DNA of 64,000 nt from a virus (lineage: Duplodnaviria; Caudoviricetes): the IMG/VR virus record IMGVR_UViG_3300027759_000043, one strand, 5' to 3'. Every line of letters starts with the position of its first letter. Position 1 is the first letter of the stretch. A model generated the notes under the pieces. The model did not search any database and was not told the DNA's origin. It saw only the letters and a program-made list of their open reading frames with translations. Shown here piece after piece: positions 47,862 to 57,700 of this stretch. The translations under genes and the position numbers were made by a program.

Positions 47862-48962
47862 ATGATATTAGTTAATGACCCTTATGATTTGATTCCAGAA
47901 CTGTTTGAAAACTTTTCTGAGTTTACTAAATCGATCAGGTCTGATGTTGATGTGCTACCAACTTTGTGCCCAGAAAGTTTTCAACAGTCAGAAAAACTAA
48001 CTATTTTAATACAACCTGAACCTACTATACATTGTGTTGATCAGATCTATATTAAACAAATTGCAAGTAAAACTAATGCCGTGTGGGCAGTAAGTGGGCA
48101 CGGAAAAATAGATAATTGGAAATTATCCCAATGGTTTGAATATTTTTCAAATCTCACAAGTACTGTAAGAGTCAATTCTGAATTACCAGCATTGGATCTA
48201 GGACATAAACCTTGCCTGGCGACAGCATTATTAGGAGGGTGGATGTATAACCGAGGACTACTATTAAAAGGATTAAAACAACAAGGATTAATTGATCAGT
48301 GTTTAGTAAACTATTACGAACGATCTCAAGAATCAATGGATCGTAGAAATCAACTACGGCTCCAACATCCTGACCTATATTTTAATATGAGGACACCAAT
48401 ATTATATCAAATTGATAATCCTGAATTTCAAAGCATAGCGTTTGACGATGAAACTTCAGGAAAATCACAATCGACAACAATAAACACATGTCGACCAATC
48501 CCAAACATGCGACCTTACCAGCACGGTTGGGTTAGTCAATTGATTCCTAGAAATATTTACAATTCAGCCTATATCAGCATAGTTGCTGAAACTGAAACTG
48601 TGGTAGCACCGGATACTTTTTTTATCAGCGAAAAGATCACTAGGCCGTTGTTGGTAGGACATCCGTTTGTGGTATTTGGTTGTACAGGATACTTACAATG
48701 TTTGCGTGATTTGGGTTTTCAAACATTCTCACCTTGGTTGGACGAAACATACGATCTTGTGACAGATACTGACAAACGTATAGACGCTATTGTTGACAGC
48801 GTTAAACAATTTTCACAGTTAAATGATTCTCAACGTCAACAGGCCTGTTTAGAAATGCAACCAGTAATTGAACACAATCGTAAGTTGGTAAAAGATCAGC
48901 GTTGGGGGTTTGGTCCAATTGCCAATGCAATCAAACACCACTTAAATTTTAAACCAGCCTAA
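47862..48962 (+). CDS. Glycosyltransferase-like protein (GT-B-type C-terminal lobe)
   Basis: Start MILVND at 47862 (366 aa). YISIVAET...FISEKITRPLLVGHPFVVFG..GYL..LRDLGFQTF..WLDETYD; AT-rich. Confidence 0.5.
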   Translation: MILVNDPYDLIPELFENFSEFTKSIRSDVDVLPTLCPESFQQSEKLTILIQPEPTIHCVDQIYIKQIASKTNAVWAVSGHGKIDNWKLSQWFEYFSNLTSTVRVNSELPALDLGHKPCLATALLGGWMYNRGLLLKGLKQQGLIDQCLVNYYERSQESMDRRNQLRLQHPDLYFNMRTPILYQIDNPEFQSIAFDDETSGKSQSTTINTCRPIPNMRPYQHGWVSQLIPRNIYNSAYISIVAETETVVAPDTFFISEKITRPLLVGHPFVVFGCTGYLQCLRDLGFQTFSPWLDETYDLVTDTDKRIDAIVDSVKQFSQLNDSQRQQACLEMQPVIEHNRKLVKDQRWGFGPIANAIKHHLNFKPA

Positions 48963-50099
48963 GAACTTTTCAATCTTGGTCATTGGTGCTAACCAATCGC
49001 CATATTTTTCCTGACGGAATAGTCGAGCGGTAGTATACCAAGGTGAGTCATCACGATTTTGCATCCAGCGCCAGCATGGACCATAAGCATTGAGTGGAAT
49101 CCAAAGTGGACGGCCCATAGCACCTGCTAGGTGTGCGGCCGCCGTGTCTACAGAGATCACAAGATCCAAATGGTGCATTAATGCGGCTGTGTCAGCAAAG
49201 TCATTGATAGTGCCAGGATAACACTCTACACCTGCGGCCTTGATCACTGCTTCATCTTCAGGCAATGCATCAACTTGCAAACTAACCCATTGGTGTTCAG
49301 GAAACTTCCGCACAAGAGCAGCCATGGTTTCTGCTGGCATGCTCTTGTGTTGATTGATCCAGGAATCTTTGCGACCTGACCAAGCAACACCGATTCTCAT
49401 GCGATTTTTAGGAATACCTAGTCTTTCGGCCCATACTTTAACACGTTCTGGTTCAGGTTGCACATACTGCAAATAGTGTTGAACATTTTCTAACTTCATG
49501 TTTAACAGTCTAGGCAGGCTCATCATGGCCACCCAGTAGTCAAATTCGCCGATTACATCTTCTGTGTTGCAGGTTATGCCCACAATTGCTGGAGGAGTAT
49601 TGATCAACAAAGGTTTAATGCCCGGACTCACGTGGAGTCTAATCTTTGCACCCATGTCTTGAAGATTACCACAGAATCTCAAGAACTGAATCTGATCACC
49701 AAGTCCTTGTTCGCCAATGACCAGGATAGTTTTTCCGCGTAGATCCTCGCCTGACCATTCAGGACTAGGTAGTCGGGGCTTGGTTCCATCTAGGTGCTCA
49801 TAACGCCAGCGACTTTCGTACAGTCGCCAACCCTGTTCATAGTTGCCTAGCATGAGATGCGCCACCGCTAGATTAAATTCTGCTGTGACACTAGTGGGAT
49901 CTAATAGGCGTGCTGTTTCTAAAAATGGAATAGCACGTTGTGCATGACCCATCTCTCTCAGTACATTGCCATAGTTGTTAAAGGCACCCGAACTGTTGGG
50001 ATCTTGCACAAATGCTTGTGCATAAAATGCAATGGCCTGTTCGGGGTTGTGTTTTTCTCTGGCCAGGTTACCGCTGGCAATCAAGTCTTCAGTGTTCAT
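48942..50099 (-). CDS. TPR-repeat protein with GT9 (heptosyltransferase-like) glycosyltransferase domain
   Basis: Start MNTEDL at 50099 (385 aa), after TTAAATA. N-terminal TPRs (AFNNYGNVL..., AEFNLAVA.L..GNY..GW..YE.RW), EQGLGDQIQF, and DLVISVDTAAAHLAGAMG.P.W. Confidence 0.8.
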   Translation of the reverse strand: MNTEDLIASGNLAREKHNPEQAIAFYAQAFVQDPNSSGAFNNYGNVLREMGHAQRAIPFLETARLLDPTSVTAEFNLAVAHLMLGNYEQGWRLYESRWRYEHLDGTKPRLPSPEWSGEDLRGKTILVIGEQGLGDQIQFLRFCGNLQDMGAKIRLHVSPGIKPLLINTPPAIVGITCNTEDVIGEFDYWVAMMSLPRLLNMKLENVQHYLQYVQPEPERVKVWAERLGIPKNRMRIGVAWSGRKDSWINQHKSMPAETMAALVRKFPEHQWVSLQVDALPEDEAVIKAAGVECYPGTINDFADTAALMHHLDLVISVDTAAAHLAGAMGRPLWIPLNAYGPCWRWMQNRDDSPWYTTARLFRQEKYGDWLAPMTKIEKFLGWFKI

Positions 50100-50104
50100 A
50101 GTGA

Positions 50105-50155
50105 TATTTAAGAAAACCGTCATGTTGGCTAAAATAAACCAATTGTCCATAAATA
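50105..50155. promoter_or_regulatory. Divergent pair of late promoter motifs (TTAAATA on minus, ATAAATA on plus)
   Basis: 50105-50111 precedes the TPR-GT9 gene; 50149-50155 precedes the structured leader. Confidence 0.65.
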
Positions 50156-50160
50156 CTAGT

Positions 50161-50246
50161 CAACGCAATTCTGCGTTTTATGCGGCGATTAATACCCACC
50201 GCGTAGCGGCTAGAACCCGCATGGGGCTTCTTTAAGGAGAAATCAA
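50161..50246 (+). promoter_or_regulatory. Structured 5' leader of the 275-aa virion gene
   Basis: After ATAAATA (50149-50155): AACGCA/TGCGTT hairpin, ATGCGG/CCGCAT stem (50180-50222) enclosing CCGC-GTA-GCGG, then an AAGGAG ribosome-binding site. Confidence 0.5.
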
Positions 50247-51074
50247 ATGGGAAGAGCACTTAAAATTCAAAAAAACAACGTTGGTTCTGGATCTACTGTA
50301 ACCGGTACACCTCCAGTAACAACATACAACCAAACCATCTTAACTGATGCTGGTTTTCCAAACTTTGGTAGTTTGACCTCACCGGCAACTCCATATAACT
50401 CAGCCGACACACTCAATTCAGATCAGTTTGTGGGCGTGGTTGGTGGTTCACCCGCTACTAGTACTCCTAGTGCTACGTTTCCTGAAGTGTTGGCAGCAGT
50501 CAATATCAGTTTAGCAGATGGCACAAGCACCACTGCCGGCGCTGGACGTTTGATCCGCCAGAAAGGTGCGCACAAGTTCTTGGTTGCTTACACAGCCAGT
50601 ACCACTGCTGACGAAAGTTTAATTATTGGTCAAGCATATCAAATTGCTGTACTTGGCACAACTGACTGGCAGGCTTGCGGTGGTGGTGCTGATTCGGCAG
50701 TTGGTGATATATTTACGGCTGTAGCAGTTGGATCAGGAACAGGTACTGCGTACCCAGTTGGTCAATGTGTGTTGTCAAACACAGGCTCACCAACAGCCGG
50801 TAACATGAGTATTGAATATTCAGTAGGCGACTCGGCCGCTGTGTATGCCAGTTACATCACTAACAAGTGGATCCGTGACTGGAACGGCATGACTTATGGC
50901 AACTACAGCAACAGCAATGATGGCGAAAACATTTACTCAAGTGAAAACTTCTATGTAACCAACTTCTTCACAGACGAAGGCACAGTCACATGGTCCGGTG
51001 CAGAGATCATCAACGGTGTAGACGCAAACAACGGTTCATTACAGTTGGCTCAAGTGGTCAACGTTACAAGTTAA
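50247..51074 (+). CDS. Virion structural protein (candidate head decoration protein)
   Basis: 275 aa, T/G/S-rich, monocistronic with its own late promoter, strong RBS and terminator. MGRALKI start and IIRQKGAHKFLV-like motif. Confidence 0.55.
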   Translation: MGRALKIQKNNVGSGSTVTGTPPVTTYNQTILTDAGFPNFGSLTSPATPYNSADTLNSDQFVGVVGGSPATSTPSATFPEVLAAVNISLADGTSTTAGAGRLIRQKGAHKFLVAYTASTTADESLIIGQAYQIAVLGTTDWQACGGGADSAVGDIFTAVAVGSGTGTAYPVGQCVLSNTGSPTAGNMSIEYSVGDSAAVYASYITNKWIRDWNGMTYGNYSNSNDGENIYSSENFYVTNFFTDEGTVTWSGAEIINGVDANNGSLQLAQVVNVTS

Positions 51075-51090
51075 TTTGTAACACCCTAAC

Positions 51091-51121
51091 ATCCCCCTTG
51101 CTAACTACAAGGGGGATTTTT
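51091..51121 (+). terminator. Intrinsic terminator
   Basis: ATCCCCCTTG-CTAACTA-CAAGGGGGAT followed by a T-tract. Confidence 0.88.
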
Positions 51122-51122
51122 T

Positions 51123-51710
51123 ATGACTAGAGCATTTGTGTGTGGCAATGGCATTAGCCGGCAAGCAGTAGATTTAATTCAATTAAAAACATTAGGCAAG
51201 ATATACGGCTGTAACGGACTCTACAGAGATTTTGAGCCCGACTGTCTCGTGGCCACAGACAAACCCATTGCTGAAAGTATACAAAAGTCTGGGTACAGTG
51301 CCACACATAGATTTCATACCCGCAAACCCATACACAAATTAGGTGCCTTACCTGTGCCCAAAAAGTATCACAGCAACAGTTCAGGGCCTATTGCTGTTGC
51401 TCTTGCAGCCTTGGACCAGCATCAAACTGTGTATATGTTGGGCTTTGACATGGGGCCTACTGTGAATCAAAAGTTCAATAATGTGTATGCTGGCACAGAT
51501 TTTTACAAAAAACAAGATGCCGCGCCCACATACACCGGCAATTGGGTAAAACAATTGTGTACTATTGTACGGGATTTCCCTCATATAACATTCGTACGAG
51601 TGTGTGGAGCAACCACAGCAGACATCCGAGAACTAAAAGTCTTTAACAATCTCCTACACATACCCATGCAGATGTTTCAAGATCGTGTGTCAACGGGTCA
51701 AGATCTCTAG
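51123..51710 (+). CDS. Maf/DUF115 (MptE-like, GT29-related Rossmann) domain protein
   Basis: AFVCGNGIS, IYGCNGLYRDF.PDCLVATD, SSGP.A..LA and VYMLGFDM motifs. Confidence 0.6.
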   Translation: MTRAFVCGNGISRQAVDLIQLKTLGKIYGCNGLYRDFEPDCLVATDKPIAESIQKSGYSATHRFHTRKPIHKLGALPVPKKYHSNSSGPIAVALAALDQHQTVYMLGFDMGPTVNQKFNNVYAGTDFYKKQDAAPTYTGNWVKQLCTIVRDFPHITFVRVCGATTADIRELKVFNNLLHIPMQMFQDRVSTGQDL

Positions 51711-51743
51711 CACCTGCTCAATCTCGGAGTATATTTGATTGCG

Positions 51744-51750
51744 GTAAATA
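51744..51750 (+). promoter_or_regulatory. Late promoter motif GTAAATA
   Basis: 19 nt upstream of the long fibre gene. Confidence 0.65.
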
Positions 51751-51769
51751 CAATCAGAGACTCTAATTT

Positions 51770-54700
51770 ATGACACAGTATATCATTGACATTGGTGCTT
51801 ACCCAGATGATGGGCAGGGCAGTCCGTTACGTACAGCATTTGACTATACCAATGAAAACTTCAATCAGATTTTTGCCGCAGGGCCAGTGCTCAGCAACAT
51901 TCAAATTGGTAATAATACTATTACCACCACAGTTCTCAACAGCAATTTAATCTTAAGTCCATCAGGAATTGGACGTGTACAATTCAACAATACTTTATTT
52001 CCTAGGCTTGACAATGTTTACGACATTGGTACTCCTAGTTTGCGTTTTAACTCCATCTATTTGGGCACCGGTGGTATTAATACCACTGGAGGTATAACAA
52101 CCACAGGCAATATTACTGCTGGGTATTTTATTGGTAACGGCAGTCAACTCACTGGCATTGTGGCCACAACTGGTAGTCAAGTTACAAATGGTAACAGCAA
52201 TATTAATATACCTGCCGCTGGATCAAACATCTTTGTCACTGTTAACGGTACCAGCAATGTTGTAACATTTGCCAACACCGGAGCATATGTTGCCGGCACA
52301 GTTAGTGCCACCGGCAATATCGCTGGCAATTATATTTTAGGTAATGGTGCATTACTAACTGGTATCAACATTGGTTATGGTAACAGCAATGTAGCAGACT
52401 TTTTGCCTACATATACTGGTAACCTAGTTAGCCTAACCGGTCCGGTCACAACCACAGCCAATGTAACCGGTGGAAATTTAAGAACAGCAGGACAGATATC
52501 AGCCACTGGTAATATCACTGGCGGTAACATTAACACCGGTAGATTAAACGCAGGTTACATCACCACAGGTACTACCATAAGTGCTGTGGGCAATATTGCC
52601 ACCAGTAGTTACTTTATTGGTGATGGTAGTTTACTCACAGGTATAAATGCCAATTATGGCAACGCCAACGTGGCGGCTTTCTTGCCCACATACACTGGTA
52701 ATCTAGTCAGCCTGACAGGACCAGTAACAACCACTGCCAACGTAACAGGTGGTAATTTAAGAACATCGGGCACAATACTGGCCTCAGGTAATATCACTGC
52801 GGCCAACCTTGACACAGGTAGAGTCAATGCGGCCAACATCACTGCAAGTGGATTGATATCAGCAGTGGCCAACATCACTACCAGTGCATACTTTATTGGT
52901 GATGGTAGTCAACTTACAAACTTGCCAGCCGGTAATTACAGCAATGCCAACGTGGCGGCTTTCTTGCCCACATACACCGGTAACCTAGTCAGTCTGACAG
53001 GCCCAGTAACAACCACTTCTAACATCACCGGTGGTAATTTACGCACCGCAGGTCAAATATCAGCCACAGGTAACATTACAGGTGGCAATGTTGATACTGG
53101 CAGAGTCAATGCAAACACAGTCACAGTTGCATCAACTATTTCTGCAGCCGGTAATATAACAGGTAACAATTTAATTGGAACAACTGTCACGGCCACAACT
53201 GTCACAGCCATTGCCAATATAGTTGGGGGTAATATCACAACCAGTGGTCAAGTATCAGCAACAGGCAATATACAAGGTGGTAATGTCAATGCACCTGGTG
53301 GTACAATAACATCTAACATTGTCAGTGCTACTGGAAAGGTACAAGGCGGCAATTTTGTTACTACCGGATTTATTACGGCCACTGGTAATATTACTGGCGG
53401 TAACGTGGATACTGGCAATATACATGCGGCCAATATCAACGTTGACAGTATTATTTCTGCTGTAGGCAATGTCTATGGCAATAATCTTATTGGTTCTTCG
53501 ATATCAGTAACTGGCAATCTATCTGCAGGCAATGTTTCTATTTCGGGAACATTTGGCGCCGCGTCTCTCAGTGCTACGGGTAATATCACAGGTGGAAATC
53601 TACTCACAGCCGGTAATGTCTTAGGCAGTTATTTTATTGGTAACGGCTCGCAATTAACTGGTATTACAGTCAGTGCTGGTACTTCGATCTTAAACGGAAA
53701 CAGCAATGTTGTTGTGGCCGCTAACGGCAACGTTACAATAAGTTCAGCAGGCGTAAGCAACATTGCATCTTTTGCCAATACTGGCGCCTATATCATTGGC
53801 GAGGTAAGTGCAACAGGTAACGTTACCGGTAGTTATTTGTTGGGTAATGGTGCATTCATTACCGGACTGCCAGCAGGCTACAGCAATGCTGATGTGGCCA
53901 ATTACTTGCCAACTTATACTGGTAACTTGGTCAGCCTAACCGGACCTGTAATAACAACGGCTAACATATCCGGCAACTATTTTGTTGGTAACGGCTCATT
54001 ATTAACTGGAGTCTCTGCGTCAGATGTAAATGCTAATGCATTAACTGGTAACACACTAAGTTCAAATGTCTTGTACTCAAGCCTGACTCAGGTTGGTAAT
54101 TTAGCCAACTTGAGCGTAACCGGTAATGCCACCGGCGGCAATGTACTAACAGGTGGTGTAATCTCAGCAACCGGCAATGTAACTGGTAATTATATTCTTG
54201 GTAATGGTGCATTACTAACTGGTGTTATTACAAGTGTGGCTAATATCAACAATGGCACAAGTAATGTTACAGTAGTAAGTTCGGGCGGCAATGTCACAGT
54301 TGGTGTTGGTGGAACATCAAATGTAGCAGTGTTTGCTACCACAGGGGAATACATCACAGGGTTGTTAAGTGCAAGTGGTAATATCACAGGCAGTAACATC
54401 TTAACTAGTGGATTGATTAGTTCAACTGGTACAGTCACTGGTTCCAGTTTGTTAGGATCTGTAGCATCTTTAAGTGGCAATATCACAGGTGGTAATGTCT
54501 TAACTGGTGGAGTTGTTTCGGCAACCGGTAACATTTCTGGCAACTACTTTATTGGTAATGGCAGTCAGTTAACAGGTGTTACAGCATCTAGTGTAAACGC
54601 CAATGCATTAACTGGTAACACACTGAGTTCAAATGTTTTATATTCAAGTCTAACCCAAGTTGGAACACTGGCCAACTTAACAGTAACAGGAAATACAACT

Positions 54701-57700
54701 GGCGGCAATCTACTAACAGGTGGCTTAATTAGCGCCGCTGGTAATATTTCAGGCAACAATGTTTTTGCTACGGGATTTGCAAGCGTCACAGGTAATGTAA
54801 TTGCTGGAAACGTAAACACCAGTAATATTCGTCCCACAAGCGGCGAACTAACAATCACCACAGCCTCAGGTAATTTGAATTTACAACCTGCTGGCAACAT
54901 TGTGTTGGCCAACACGTTTATTAATAGTGTAGCATATCCAGCACAAGATACTGACGCCGCAACAAAATTGTATGTTGACAACATGGTGTCGTCAGCATTG
55001 TCATTCCATTCACCGGTGTATGCAGCCACCACAACCACACTAGCAGTGGCCACAAGTGGTACAATCAGTTACACACAACCCAATGGTGTTAGCAATGGTG
55101 TTGGCGCATATTTGAGTACTACTGGTTCATTTAATCTAATTGACACAGCCAATGTGCAAACAGCAGGCACACGTATTCTTGTCAAGAACGAAGGTAATGC
55201 GGTATACAATGGTGTGTATACTTGGAGCAATGCCACTGTTATAGTTCGTTCAACTGATGCAGACGAATATGGCCCAGATAGTGCTAATCAACTGAGTCTA
55301 AACGATTACTTCTTTACCACAAACGGTAACGTTAATGCTGGTTCAGCATTTGTAGTTAACGCACCTACAGGTACTATTACGTTTGGCACAAGCAATATTA
55401 CTTTTGCCTTGTTTAGTCAAACAACAGCCTACACGGCCAATGTGGATGCTGGTCTAAGCCTAATAGGTACACAGTTTAATGCCAAGGTAGACAACAACAC
55501 CACTGCATTTGATGTCACTGGTAACATCATTGTCAAAGCAGGCGCTAATCTAACCACACCCAACATTGGTGCCGCAACAGGTACAAGTTTAAGTTTAATA
55601 GGCAACATCAACAGTGGAAATGTCAACACAAGCGGCCTGGTAAGTGCCACTGGTAATGTCACTGGCGGAAACGTACTCACGTCAGGGTTACTCAGCGCAA
55701 CCGGCAATGCTACACTTGGTAATGTGCTAACTGCTGGTGTAGTCTCGGCAACTGGTAACATTTCTGGTAATTTCTTTATTGGTAACGGTAGTCAACTCAC
55801 TGGAGTTATTGCATCCGGCGGTCAAGGTAACACAATCACTTTGGGAACCCCCACAGATGGTAGCCTAACAGTCAACGTTGCATATCCTGGGTGGACCACA
55901 GCAACTTTTGTTACAGATGGCTTAGATGATCTAAATCAAGTGTCATTAAACATTGCCAACAGCACATACGTGGGCAATGCTTACATCACTGCCAATGTTT
56001 ATTCTGGACCCAGTCCATTAACGGTGGCATTCACCAGTTATTATATTGGTAATCCTAACAGTTTCTTGTGGCAATTTGGTGATGGTACAGCCAATGTTAC
56101 CACAGCCAATGCCACTCACACATTTAGTAATGCTTCGGGCGGAACTTACACAGTAACCTTCACTGCCTTCAATACCAATGGAACCTATAACGGCAATGCA
56201 GCCAATGGTGCCAAAGGTTCTACCAGTACCGCCAACATTTCGAACATTGTGTTGTACACTCCAAGTCCAATACCATCATTTACTCTGAGTAGCAACAGTT
56301 TCAATACTGGCAACACTATAACCATAACCAACACCAGTCAGTATGTGACTTGGTATGATTTGAGTTTTGGCGACGGTACTGCTAACTTTACTGCCGGACC
56401 TGGGTTAGGCAATACATCGTTTACCAATGTGACTCATCAGTACAATTCTGTTTCAGCCAACGCAGACAGTTTGTACAGCGTGATCCTGAGTGGTACTAGT
56501 AACACAGCCGGACCCAGCAACGTCACTGTTGTATCATCAGCCAGCAACGTCAAAGTTTACTCGCCACAAACAGGCAATGTGTTTGTCACTGCCAATCGAG
56601 CCAACGTGATCAATGGACTTGGTGGCATAAGTTTCCGTAATGATTCAAATGGTACTCCTGGAAACACAGCCAGTTTTGGCGCACAACAATTGTACAACTT
56701 CAATTATGGTGATGGTAATGTTGGTAACGTTAACGTGGGAACAGGTATTGCAGGTAACCCAAGTGCCGCCAACGTCACCAACACATTTGCACTGAGTGCT
56801 GCCAACCAGGCTGCTAATGCATATCAACAGTTCACGGCCAACTTGTTCTTGTACACTGGCTACAGTACCAGCCCGGCCAAGAGTGGTAACATCACCATCA
56901 CTGTTGAACCACAGACTCGTGCCAACTATATTGGAACCACAGCCAACGTCATAACAGATGCCACAGCCAACACAGGCAATGCCCGAGTTGGATATCTGTA
57001 TACCGACTATAACAATTCCAATCGTTCTACCTTTACATTCCAGAATACCAGCCAAAACAGCAATTTGGCCAACTGGTCCTGGGGTGACAGCACATTTAGC
57101 AATGGTGTGTCAAATGTGGCCAACACCCTTCATACCTACAACAGCACTGGTGCGTTTACTGTGGCGCTCACAGCCAATGGTACACCTAACGGTATAACTA
57201 GCACAGCACAAAGCAATACATTGACTACCACTGGATATATTTTTATTGCCAGCAACCCCACAGCACCCACAAACCTCAGTGGCTTCTCTAACTTGGCTAT
57301 TGCTAACACTAGTGAAGGAACCAGTCCTTTGTTGGCAGCCGGCGCAAGAGATGCATCAGGTGGCAACATTGTGGCCAACGGTGTAAGTGTCACACGCTTT
57401 GCAACCACAACAACTATTGCTACCGCAGCCAATATTATAAACGCCAATACAGGAATAAGTTCAAGTCAGTTGACGGCCAACTTGTTTGCCTATGTCAACA
57501 ATGCCAATGCCGGTAATGTGACATTCAGCAATGTGAGTAACACAGTTGGAACATCAGGAGCATTGGTTGTAACACAAGATCGAGATTTGCACGTGGCCAA
57601 TGCCGCGGTGCCCAGTTATTTCTACAAAGTATTCAATGCCAACATTGCTTGTGCTTTGAGTAGTTTGGGCACTGGTTACAACAACTACAAATTGGTAGAC

